Source: an uncultured archaeon (GTDB lineage: Archaea; Aenigmatarchaeota; Aenigmatarchaeia; GW2011-AR5). From it: DNA of 64,000 nucleotides. The notes below the pieces were generated by a model that was given only the letters and a program-made list of their open reading frames with translations, had not been told where the DNA came from and did not search any database. Made by a program: the position numbers and the translations under genes. The stretch lies in NCBI GenBank assembly GCA_964599215.1, contig CAZRDV010000001.1, positions 55,615 through 119,614 of the forward strand. Reading direction: 5' to 3'. Positions 10,004 through 18,853 of the stretch are shown here, in pieces; position 1 is the stretch's first letter, and every line of letters starts with the position of its first letter.

Positions 10004-10582
10004 GTGATTATTATGGTGAAAAAGAAAAAAATCGAAAAAGAAATGATAAAAGAGGTTATAGATTCTGTCCTAGCAGAGGACAAGGTCCTTGTATTCGAAA
10101 ATATAGATCAGGTTTATGAGCCTGGATACTATGGTAAGGAATTAGAAAACAGGCTGGAATTGGCTCTTGTAGAGGCCTGTCTTTTATTGAAAAAGGGTAG
10201 GATAAGGATTATGAAAGGCACTCATCCGATGAAGTTCAAGGAATTATATGAGCATGCGTGTTCTTTTGATAAGCGTTTTCCTGAGAGATTCAGGGTCTAT
10301 GAAGACCTAAGGGAAAGAGGTCTTTTAGTTAGAACAGGCTACAAGTTTGGCTGTGATTTTAGGGTTTATGAGCGTGGTGTGCAGCTGAAGAAGGGCCCGA
10401 AGGCTGCCAAGGAGCATACTAAATGGGTTGTGTTTTGCGTGCCTGAGGATTACACCTGCTCTTTCCAGGAGTTATCCAGGGCAGTGAGGCTGGCACATAA
10501 CATAAGGGCAAGGATGCTGTGGGCAATAGTTGACAATGAAGGGGATTGCACATATCTACAGATAACAAGGCACAAGCCATAG
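10004..10582 (+). CDS. endA: tRNA-splicing endonuclease
   Basis: C-terminal catalytic block YKFGCDFRVYERG...H...K is typical of archaeal EndA. Consistent with intron-containing tRNAs in the window. Confidence 0.8.
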   Translation: MIIMVKKKKIEKEMIKEVIDSVLAEDKVLVFENIDQVYEPGYYGKELENRLELALVEACLLLKKGRIRIMKGTHPMKFKELYEHACSFDKRFPERFRVYEDLRERGLLVRTGYKFGCDFRVYERGVQLKKGPKAAKEHTKWVVFCVPEDYTCSFQELSRAVRLAHNIRARMLWAIVDNEGDCTYLQITRHKP

Positions 10583-10590
10583 ATGATAGT

Positions 10591-11724
10591 ATGCTTGTAA
10601 AGGACCTGATGAATAAGAATGTTGTCTACTGTGAACCTGATGAATCAGTAAGCCAGGCGTTGGGCCTGATGAAAAAATATAAGGTACATCAGTTGCCTAT
10701 TATAAAAGACGGTGAACTGACAGGAATCTTGATATTAAACAAGATCATCACCAGGGAGATAGACCCTCTAAAAACCAAGATATCAACTTTAATGATACCT
10801 TCTCCTAGATTAAGTCCTGATGCTTCTTCAGAGGATGCAATAAAATTACTCCTGGGTTCAAACCTCAGGGCAGTTCCTGTTTTCGATTCCAAACTCAGGG
10901 GAATGATATCTGAACAGGACCTGATGAAGGCTGTTAAGGCTGAAGACAAAATAGCTGTTGAGAAGTGTTGCTATATCGAAGAGGATAGTAATATAGGAAA
11001 GGTCAAGAGCCTTATGATACACAAGAACGTATCAAGGGTTCCTGTTGTAAAGAACGGTAAGTTCATAGGGGTCATTGGCACGCTTGACCTGATAAAGGTC
11101 TTGGAAGGTAAAAGAAGATTTGAGGCACGGCACGGCAGATTAAAAGACAGTGGATACAAAGAGGGCCACAGGGCTCATATTGATAAAATTTCTGTCAGTG
11201 CTGTTATGAGAGAACCGGTTATCCTAAAAGCTGATTATAGTAGCAGCGAGGTTGTTGAATTATTAAAAGAGAATGAAGAGGTTCTGATAGAAAACGGTGC
11301 TCTTGGCCTGATAACAGCAAAGGATATACTAAGGTCAACTGTAAAGCCAAGCAGTTTTTCTTATGTCCAGATAACAGGCATAACAGATGAAGGTGCAATT
11401 GTAACTGATAAAATACATCAGGCAGCTTCAGAATTGGTACAAAGGCTTTCCAGATCAGTAGAGCTGCAGCCAATGAAGATACATATAAAGAAACACAAGA
11501 AGCTAGGGCCAAAAACCAAATATTCTTTGCATATAGAATTGCCTACCTCTCTTGGTCTGTTTGTTTCAACAAAAACACACGGGGTTGGGAAGACCTATGC
11601 TGATCTGCCTACACTTGTTCAGAAAGCTATGAATAATCTTGAGAAGGAGATAAGAAAGAAAATAGAAAAGGGTAGGAGAACAGAAAAGAGAAGGGTTTCT
11701 TCAAAAAGATTAGGAAAAGAGTAG
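10591..11724 (+). CDS. CBS-domain protein (four CBS repeats plus a basic C-terminal tail)
   Basis: Repeated CBS-like segments (VHQLPIIKDGELTGIL; RAVPVFDSKLRGMISEQDL; SRVPVVKNGKFIGVIG). Start moved to an internal Met to avoid overlap with endA. Confidence 0.55.
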   Translation: MLVKDLMNKNVVYCEPDESVSQALGLMKKYKVHQLPIIKDGELTGILILNKIITREIDPLKTKISTLMIPSPRLSPDASSEDAIKLLLGSNLRAVPVFDSKLRGMISEQDLMKAVKAEDKIAVEKCCYIEEDSNIGKVKSLMIHKNVSRVPVVKNGKFIGVIGTLDLIKVLEGKRRFEARHGRLKDSGYKEGHRAHIDKISVSAVMREPVILKADYSSSEVVELLKENEEVLIENGALGLITAKDILRSTVKPSSFSYVQITGITDEGAIVTDKIHQAASELVQRLSRSVELQPMKIHIKKHKKLGPKTKYSLHIELPTSLGLFVSTKTHGVGKTYADLPTLVQKAMNNLEKEIRKKIEKGRRTEKRRVSSKRLGKE

Positions 11725-11727
11725 TTT

Positions 11728-13212
11728 TTATAGAGCCTCTAAATTCTCTCCGCTCAGGAATTCCCTAAGCTTTAGACAGAGTTCCTCTTTTTTGATCCTT
11801 ACCTGTTTCATGGAGTCACGGTCCCTCAGTGTTATACTACTGTTTTCCAATGTTTCATAATCTATTGTTATTGAGGCTGGTACTCCTATCTCGTCCATTC
11901 GTCTATACCGCCTGCCTATGCTGCCTGAATCATCATAGAATACATTGAACCCCAGGCTCTGGAGCAATTTTTTAATCTCTATTGCTTTTTCTGGTAGTTC
12001 ATCTTTATTAACAAGAGGGAATACTGCTGCATCATATGGTGACAGTATTCTAGGGAATCTGAAGACATTTCTTTCTTTCTCTTCTTCGTAGGATAGCAGC
12101 AATAACGCATAGATGTTTCTGTCTACTCCAAAGCTTAATTCCAGTACATGAGGAATAAGTTTCTTTCCATCCACTGAAATAGACATATCCTGTTTTGATA
12201 TCTTCTGGTGTCCGTCGAGATCGTGCGAGGTTCTGTAGTGAATGCCTGCTACCTCTTTCCATTCTAATTCTTCAAGAAAGAGCTCAACATCCCAGTGGTA
12301 TTTGTTATAGAATGCCTTTTCCTCATCGTTCAATTCCTTTAAACGAAATTTGTCTCTTGGTATTTTTAATAAGTCCAGATAAAACTGCTGTACCTTTGCC
12401 ATATGATAAACATAAAACTTCGGTAGTTTCAGGTCTTTGCATGCTATTTCATCTATTTTGTTGCTTTTCCTGTTCTCTTTGGTTAATATCCTAAGCTTGT
12501 AATTCTCTATTTCCTTGAAATTATTATGTTCATTGATTTTATCAGGGTCGAAAAATATTTGTAACTCTGCTTGGCTGAACTCCCTCATCCTTAGGAGCGC
12601 ATTTCTCGGAGAAATCTCGTTTCTGTAAGCCCTGCCTATGATTGCAAGACCCAGAGGCAGCTTTCTTCTAAGGCACTCAAACTCTCTTCTAAAGTTAAGG
12701 TAGGCTCCCTGTGCGGTTTCCGGCAGTAAATATGCCTTCTTCTTATCAGAGCCAGTACCGACGTCAAGAGGGAACATCATGTTTAGGATGCCGGCTTCGT
12801 CCAATGTGCCCTTGCATTTAGGGCACTTTATGCCATGCTTTTTTATAAGCGCCGAAAGTTCCTTTGGTGACAGACCCTCAAAGTTCTCCTTGAGTTCTGA
12901 TTCAACAATATGGTCAGCCCGTTCTGTTAAGCCGCATTTCCTGCACTTGACAATGGGATCAACAAAGCTTTCGAGATGGCCTGAGGCCTTGAAAACATTT
13001 TCCGGCATCACAAACGATGTTTCTATCTCATAAAAATTATCATCCGTCCCCAGGAAAAAGCCTCTCCAGGTATTTTCCCATTTTCTCTTTAACAGGGCTC
13101 CAAGATGCGCATAGTCATAAAAGCCTGATAAGCCTCCGTATATCTCAGAGCTTTGCCAGAAAAAACCGCGACGCTTGGCTATATCATCTATAGTGTCTGT
13201 CTTATTAACCAT
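11728..13212 (-). CDS. glyS: Glycyl-tRNA synthetase (archaeal/eukaryotic type)
   Basis: N-terminus KRRGFFWQSSEIYGGLSGFYDY and class II motifs, 494 aa. Confidence 0.85.
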   Translation of the reverse strand: MVNKTDTIDDIAKRRGFFWQSSEIYGGLSGFYDYAHLGALLKRKWENTWRGFFLGTDDNFYEIETSFVMPENVFKASGHLESFVDPIVKCRKCGLTERADHIVESELKENFEGLSPKELSALIKKHGIKCPKCKGTLDEAGILNMMFPLDVGTGSDKKKAYLLPETAQGAYLNFRREFECLRRKLPLGLAIIGRAYRNEISPRNALLRMREFSQAELQIFFDPDKINEHNNFKEIENYKLRILTKENRKSNKIDEIACKDLKLPKFYVYHMAKVQQFYLDLLKIPRDKFRLKELNDEEKAFYNKYHWDVELFLEELEWKEVAGIHYRTSHDLDGHQKISKQDMSISVDGKKLIPHVLELSFGVDRNIYALLLLSYEEEKERNVFRFPRILSPYDAAVFPLVNKDELPEKAIEIKKLLQSLGFNVFYDDSGSIGRRYRRMDEIGVPASITIDYETLENSSITLRDRDSMKQVRIKKEELCLKLREFLSGENLEAL

Positions 13213-13317
13213 AATATCAATTATACTTCTTTGATTAAATATTTATGAATAGTTTTCTTTTTCGTCTTGTTAAGGTTCTGAGAAGCTTTAAAAGGTTTTA
13301 TTAGATGATATCGAACC

Positions 13318-13878
13318 ATGAGTTTTGAAGAAGAAATTAAAGGAATAATAGCTGATAAAAGGAAAGGTATTATAGGCATAAGGTCGCTTATCCAGCATCA
13401 GCATGCTAAGACTGAGCCACCTGAAGAGCTTATTTATGAAGTAAAAGACTTTATTGACAAGGAGGTATGCAAAGAGTGCGACATGCCTGACCTTCTGACT
13501 ATTGTAGATCCTGATTACTACAAAAAACATAAGGATGAGCTTGTTGTCCCCCATTATGGAACATTAAGTCCTGTATTTTTCTGGCATCTTGATAAGCTGC
13601 CAACTATAGCTTTTGAGGGTATTAGGGGTGCAATATACCCCATAGACGATAAGAACAGGCATATAGATTTTATAGAGATGGACAATACTGCTTATTTTAA
13701 CAATCTTAGTGAAAGAAGAAAGAAAAGACTTGGTCGTTATTATCATGAAGAGCATCCCCACAAAGACAAACCAGAATATAAGGCACATATAAAGTCCGTG
13801 GATGAATTGTATGTAGTATTTGCCAATAGAACCCTAGATAACCTTTTTGATATAAGAAAAGTAGTCAGAATCAAATAA
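13318..13878 (+). CDS. Hypothetical protein
   Basis: 186-aa ORF with good coding appearance and no recognisable motif. Confidence 0.45.
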   Translation: MSFEEEIKGIIADKRKGIIGIRSLIQHQHAKTEPPEELIYEVKDFIDKEVCKECDMPDLLTIVDPDYYKKHKDELVVPHYGTLSPVFFWHLDKLPTIAFEGIRGAIYPIDDKNRHIDFIEMDNTAYFNNLSERRKKRLGRYYHEEHPHKDKPEYKAHIKSVDELYVVFANRTLDNLFDIRKVVRIK

Positions 13879-14139
13879 CCTATTACCTTATTTTTGGATT
13901 AACCTCGAGATTCCCATCGTGTGGATATGAAGTTATTTAAATATGGTCAATGAAGGTGATACGGGTGTGTATTCTGACAGAAACAACGTTCTGTACAAAT
14001 ACCTGTTCATCCTGTGTAAACAGGGAAAAATGTGCGTCTTATACAGCATGGCTGTTAAACAACGGTTTTCTTTAGAATCCAAAAGGCTTTATAAATAAAA
14101 TAAACCAAATCTTATAAACCTGTAAAACAAAGTGATTCT

Positions 14140-15381
14140 ATGTACATACTTACCAAGGAGGGTAAGAAATATCTAGAGAAGGGCTTGCCTGAGAGAAGGC
14201 TTGTTGAATTCCTGAGAAGCGGGAAGAAGACAATAGAGAAAGCCAGGCAGCTAGAGGATTTTGCAATAGCAATACAATGGGCAAAGAAAAACAACTGGGT
14301 AATGGCTGTTCAGGGCGAGATCGAGCTGATAAAAGAGCCTGAGGATTATCCAGAGGAAACTGCGCTAAAGGCTGTTTCTGATGGACGGCAGATCAATGAG
14401 AAAACTGCCTCTATACTGATTAACAGGAGATTAATTGAAAAAGAAAGAGAGGATATTGTCAAGGTAGCCAAGAAATCAGTTGGTAAGGAGATAACAAACC
14501 TTACGCCTGAATTAATAAAAACCGGCCTTTGGAAAGAGGTGAAACTAAAGCCCTACAACGTGGGGGCTGTAGGCAGGAAGGTTTATCCAGGGAAAAGACA
14601 GCCATACCTGCAGTTTGTTTCCCAGATAAAGAAAAAACTCGTTGAGCTCGGTTTCAAAGAGATGGGTGGGCCGTTAATAGAGACGGAATTCTGGAATTTC
14701 GATGCATTATACCAACCGCAGAACCATCCTGCTAGGAGCTGGGCAGCTACTTATCAGCTAAAAGAACCTAAATACGGAAGCATCGATAAGAATATTGCCA
14801 GCCGTGTTGGAAAGGCGCATGAAAAAGGCATAGCAGGAGGCAAAGGCTGGGGTTATAGATGGGATCCAAAAAAAGCAATGCAGCTTATGCCGCGTGCACA
14901 CGGCACATGCCTTTCAGCAAGGACGCTTGCAGGAAAGCCGGATATCCCAGGCAAGTATTTTGCTATTGCCCGTTGCTACAGGCCTGATGTCATTGACGCT
15001 ACCCACCTGATAGAATTCAACCATGCAGAGGGTATTGTTATTGATGAATCGCTCACGCTAAGAAGCCTTCTTGGAATCCTAGAGATGTTCGCAAGGGAGA
15101 TCACCGGGGCAAAGAAGGTGAAATTCTTTCCTGACTACTACCCGTTCACAGAGCCGTCTGTGCAGCTATCAGCAAAGCATCCTGAAATGGGGTGGATAGA
15201 ATTCGGCGGTTCCGGCATCTTCCGCGAAGAGCTAACAAAGCCGTTAGGCATTGATGCCCCTGTTATTGCATGGGGCCTTGGTATTGACAGGCTAGCAATG
15301 TTCAAGCTTGGTATAGAAGACATCCGTTACCTGTTTTCATCTGATCTGAAGTGGCTGCGTGAAACAAAGATGGTGATATAA
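14140..15381 (+). CDS. pheS: Phenylalanyl-tRNA synthetase alpha subunit
   Basis: Class II core (FNFDALYQPQNHPAR, GLGIDRLAM). TATA-like tttataaata lies about 50 nt upstream. Directly followed by pheT. Confidence 0.9.
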   Translation: MYILTKEGKKYLEKGLPERRLVEFLRSGKKTIEKARQLEDFAIAIQWAKKNNWVMAVQGEIELIKEPEDYPEETALKAVSDGRQINEKTASILINRRLIEKEREDIVKVAKKSVGKEITNLTPELIKTGLWKEVKLKPYNVGAVGRKVYPGKRQPYLQFVSQIKKKLVELGFKEMGGPLIETEFWNFDALYQPQNHPARSWAATYQLKEPKYGSIDKNIASRVGKAHEKGIAGGKGWGYRWDPKKAMQLMPRAHGTCLSARTLAGKPDIPGKYFAIARCYRPDVIDATHLIEFNHAEGIVIDESLTLRSLLGILEMFAREITGAKKVKFFPDYYPFTEPSVQLSAKHPEMGWIEFGGSGIFREELTKPLGIDAPVIAWGLGIDRLAMFKLGIEDIRYLFSSDLKWLRETKMVI

Positions 15382-17039
15382 TGCCGACTGTTGAGTTTTA
15401 CCTGAAGGATTTGCAAAGACTGATGAAAAAGAAAGTGACGGCCAAAGAGTTAGAAGAACTTATACTCTATGCAAAAGGTGAGGTTGAAAGCGTAGAAGGC
15501 GACCTGATAAAAGTCGATATAAAGGATACCAACCGGCCTGATTTATGGTCTGTAGAGGGCATTGCACGAGAGCTAAGAACACATATTGGTAAGGCAATAC
15601 CTAAATATAAGATAAGAAAATCCAAATTCCGGATGGTTGTTGATAAAAAGGTTGAGAGGGTCCGTGCAAAGACTGTTGGTGCTGTTGTCAAGGGCCTTCA
15701 CTTTGACAACTACTTCATAAAGCAGATAATACAGCTCCAGGAAAAGATACACCAGACCTACGGTGGCAACAGAAACTTTGCAGCTATAGGTGTCTATGAC
15801 TTTGACAGGATAAAATTCCCAATAAGATATACTACTGTAAAGCCGGATGGTATAAAATTCGTGCCTCTGGAAGCTGAGGAAGCAATGACACCAAGGGAGA
15901 TATTGAAAAAACACCCGTGCGGCCGTGACTATGGGCACTTGATAAACAAGTATCCTGAGTACCCGCTAATGATAGACAGCAAAAAAAACGTGTTGTCAAT
16001 ACCGCCGATAATCAATTCTTCTTACACAGGAAAGATAACCGAGAAGACAAAGAATGTGTTTATTGAAATCACTGGGCACGAGATAGATAGAATATCTGTT
16101 GCATTAAACGTGCTGGTTACTGCTCTGGCAGAGCGCGGGGGCAAGATATACAGCATGGCAATAAAATATCCTGATAAAAAGATTATCAGGCCTGATCTAA
16201 AACCGTTAAAATTCATTCTTGATCCTGATTACTGCAGGCGCGTTATTGGTATTGATATCGATAACAGGGATATAATAAAATTATTAAAAAATTCCGGGTG
16301 CAATGCCAGGCCTGGCAAAAAAATAATCGTGGAATACCCTGCCTACAGGAATGACATAATGCATCAGCGCGATATAATAGAGGATATTGCAATAGCCTAT
16401 GACTACAACAAGATAAAGCCGGAGTTTCCAGAGCTGGTAACCTTAGGGGCTGCCAGTAGGCTTGAGAGTTTCTGCGATACTGTAAGAGAACTGATGGTGG
16501 GTCTTGGTTTCCAGGAAATCATGACTTTTTCCTTAACCAATGAGGATAACCTATTCAAGAAGATGGAGCTTCCTGCCCAGGCAGTATGCAAGATATCAAA
16601 TCCTGTAAGCCTTAACTGGACAGTTCTCAGGAATCAGCTCTTGCCAAGTATGATAGAATTCCTTTCGAATAATCTTCATATAGATTATCCGCAGAAAATT
16701 TTTGAAATAGGCGATTCCGTAGTTCTGGACAGTAAAGAGGAAACGAAAACAAAAACAATGAAGAAGCTGTCGTGTGTGATGACAGACAACAGAACTAGCT
16801 ACGAATCAATAGCCTCTTTGCTGGATGCCCTCATGGTGAATCTTGGATTAAAATATGAATTAAAAGAGGCCAGCCACAAAAGCTTTATTCCCGGAAGAGC
16901 AGCAGCTATAATAGTTAATAATAAGCCAGTAGGCATTATTGGAGAGGTCCACCCGCAGGTCCTTAATAACTGGGGGCTGGAGAAGCCTGTTGTTGGCTTT
17001 GAGCTAGATATCAATAAGATATTTGAAATGGTTAAGTAG
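15381..17039 (+). CDS. pheT: Phenylalanyl-tRNA synthetase beta subunit
   Basis: B3/B4 and B5 domain pattern. Start overlaps the pheS stop (ATAATG). Confidence 0.9.
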   Translation: MPTVEFYLKDLQRLMKKKVTAKELEELILYAKGEVESVEGDLIKVDIKDTNRPDLWSVEGIARELRTHIGKAIPKYKIRKSKFRMVVDKKVERVRAKTVGAVVKGLHFDNYFIKQIIQLQEKIHQTYGGNRNFAAIGVYDFDRIKFPIRYTTVKPDGIKFVPLEAEEAMTPREILKKHPCGRDYGHLINKYPEYPLMIDSKKNVLSIPPIINSSYTGKITEKTKNVFIEITGHEIDRISVALNVLVTALAERGGKIYSMAIKYPDKKIIRPDLKPLKFILDPDYCRRVIGIDIDNRDIIKLLKNSGCNARPGKKIIVEYPAYRNDIMHQRDIIEDIAIAYDYNKIKPEFPELVTLGAASRLESFCDTVRELMVGLGFQEIMTFSLTNEDNLFKKMELPAQAVCKISNPVSLNWTVLRNQLLPSMIEFLSNNLHIDYPQKIFEIGDSVVLDSKEETKTKTMKKLSCVMTDNRTSYESIASLLDALMVNLGLKYELKEASHKSFIPGRAAAIIVNNKPVGIIGEVHPQVLNNWGLEKPVVGFELDINKIFEMVK

Positions 17040-17040
17040 C

Positions 17041-17166
17041 TTACTTCTTGATATCGGGTTTCCATTTCATCGGTTTTACATCGCGCTCTGCATCTCTTCT
17101 AAGGAAGCACTCGTGCGTCTTCTTTTCCTCGTCTGTAATCTCTTTACCGCAATAAGGACATCGCAT
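17041..17166 (-). CDS. Small zinc-ribbon protein (41 aa), putative
   Basis: Own translation gives MRCPYCGKEITDEEKKTHECFLRRDAERDVKPMKWKPDIKK (CxxC...HxC). Below the ORF-track length cut-off, between pheT and the MinD-like gene. Confidence 0.3.
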   Translation of the reverse strand: MRCPYCGKEITDEEKKTHECFLRRDAERDVKPMKWKPDIKK

Positions 17167-17313
17167 ATAATCACGAAATTCTTATTTTTATCTTGCCGCA
17201 TCTGGAGCATCTGTATTTTTGTTGGAACCTTCCATTGCCTGTGTTTTCAGGTCCCAGAAACTTTTCATATTCATGAAGGCCTAGAATGCACTTAAGCGGC
17301 ATCGCGTCACCTA

Positions 17314-18069
17314 CTATCTCCTAAAGAGTGAGAACAATCTATACTGCCATGGTACTCTGAATTCCTCTCCGGCTATTCTGTGGGCAAGCCTGTTTATTTC
17401 TATACTGGCAGGGCTGTTTGGTTTGTGATGAAGTACAGGTATCTTTCTCGATATGCTCTGCTGGATACTGATATCTTCGGGTATTTCTGCCAGCAGCTCG
17501 GTATCCAGCATGCTGACTATTTCTCTTGTTCTCAGCTCATGGCCCTTTCCTGTTACCCTGTTTATAATAAGGCCTGAAACCTTTGTACCGACCTGTTCTG
17601 CTAGTTTTGCAGCTTTCAGGGCATCGGTCACGGCTGGCAGTTCAGGCGTCGTAACTAAGATCATTTCATCAGCTGCTTCTATAGAGGCCAAAGCCTCTCT
17701 ACCAAGGCCAGCAGCTGCATCGATTATGACATACTCTGCGTCACCAACCAGGTCCAGCAGGGCATTAGGCAGGTCTCTTGCATCCACGCCCTTAAGGTCC
17801 TTTAATGCAATGCCTGCCGGAACAATCCTAAGGCCGCTTTCGTGTTCATATATTGCATCCTCCAGGCGTGCGTTGCCCCTTAATACGTCATGCAGGTTAG
17901 TTGGATATAGTGGAAGCCCGAGATGCAAACCAAGATTCGGTGTGGTAAGATTACTATCGAGAATTACAACATTCTTCCCAAGCTCCGCCAGCGCAATGCC
18001 AAGGTTAGCAGTCAGCATGGTCTTTCCTGCGCCGCCTTTGCCTGATGCACAGGTAATTATCTTGGTCAT
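17314..18069 (-). CDS. MinD/ParA-family P-loop ATPase
   Basis: Deviant Walker A CASGKGGAGKT at the N-terminus, 251 aa. Confidence 0.8.
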   Translation of the reverse strand: MTKIITCASGKGGAGKTMLTANLGIALAELGKNVVILDSNLTTPNLGLHLGLPLYPTNLHDVLRGNARLEDAIYEHESGLRIVPAGIALKDLKGVDARDLPNALLDLVGDAEYVIIDAAAGLGREALASIEAADEMILVTTPELPAVTDALKAAKLAEQVGTKVSGLIINRVTGKGHELRTREIVSMLDTELLAEIPEDISIQQSISRKIPVLHHKPNSPASIEINRLAHRIAGEEFRVPWQYRLFSLFRR

Positions 18070-18119
18070 AACAAGATTATTTTATATTCGTAATATTTAA
18101 TAGTTTTCTTCTCGACAAA

Positions 18120-18235
18120 TGGGCGCGACGGGATTCGAACCCGCGACCCCTAGCTTTCTTCCTATCATCCTGGAATCAAATCTTCTATCCCTAAGATAGA
18201 AGGCTAGTGCTCTATCCAAGCTGAGCTACGCGCCC
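18120..18235 (-). tRNA. tRNA-Arg(TCT) with an approx. 41-nt intron after position 37
   Basis: On the reverse complement: acceptor GGGCGCG/CGCGCCC, D arm GCTC..GAGC, anticodon stem CTAGC/GCTAG with loop CTTCTA|intron|A, T arm GCGGG-TTCGAAT-CCCGT, discriminator A. 116 nt total. Confidence 0.65.
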
Positions 18236-18552
18236 TCAGCCCCTTTTTCTTGTAAGAAAAAGGTCCTGGGGTTCAACTTGCAGAAAGCATTCGCTTTCTG
18301 AAGTCTCCAGAAGACGAAAGTCTTCTAGGAGAAAAGAGCCATGGAACATACTATTTATTCCATAACCCTTTGGTTAACAAGACCTTTCTCTCAGTAAGTT
18401 ATTTAAATTCTGCGCCTTAATAAACCTTATTATGAGGCAAGATAAATCGCTTGTAAACATGGTCTTGCTAGTCGTAATGCTCTAAGAGCAACGATATCGT
18501 CTTCTCCCTTTATAACAGTCAAAAACAACAGGAGGAGACGAGAGTATAAAAG

Positions 18553-18834
18553 GTGGAAAGAATGGAAAATGGTGTATACGAGGGGCGTTGTGGCAGCTGT
18601 GCGCTTTTCAGAAAAGCTGTTGATATGTGCCTTGAGAATAGAAACGGTGATCACTGGCTTTATATAATAAAGATGAGGAGCATAGAGCCCAATACTGACG
18701 GAATAAGAATGCACGCCACAGACATTGAACGCGCAGGAGTGAGGTGCATGTATTGCAATAAAGAAATGGTCACAGCTGATACACCGGCATGCGAATCCTA
18801 TGGTATTTTGCAGGATATGAAATGTTATATTTAA
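18553..18834 (+). CDS. Hypothetical Cys-rich small protein
   Basis: 93-aa ORF with CGSC...C..C...CMYC..C, lying between the tRNA/hairpin region and leuS. Confidence 0.35.
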   Translation: MERMENGVYEGRCGSCALFRKAVDMCLENRNGDHWLYIIKMRSIEPNTDGIRMHATDIERAGVRCMYCNKEMVTADTPACESYGILQDMKCYI

Positions 18835-18853
18835 TTAATACTAGGTATTATTT

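Noticed and set aside
17023-17295. Plus-strand 90-aa ORF in the pheT to MinD spacer
   Set aside because: Hydrophobic, low-complexity translation with no motif. A short zinc-ribbon ORF on the opposite strand (17041..17166) fits the spacer better. Both remain uncertain.
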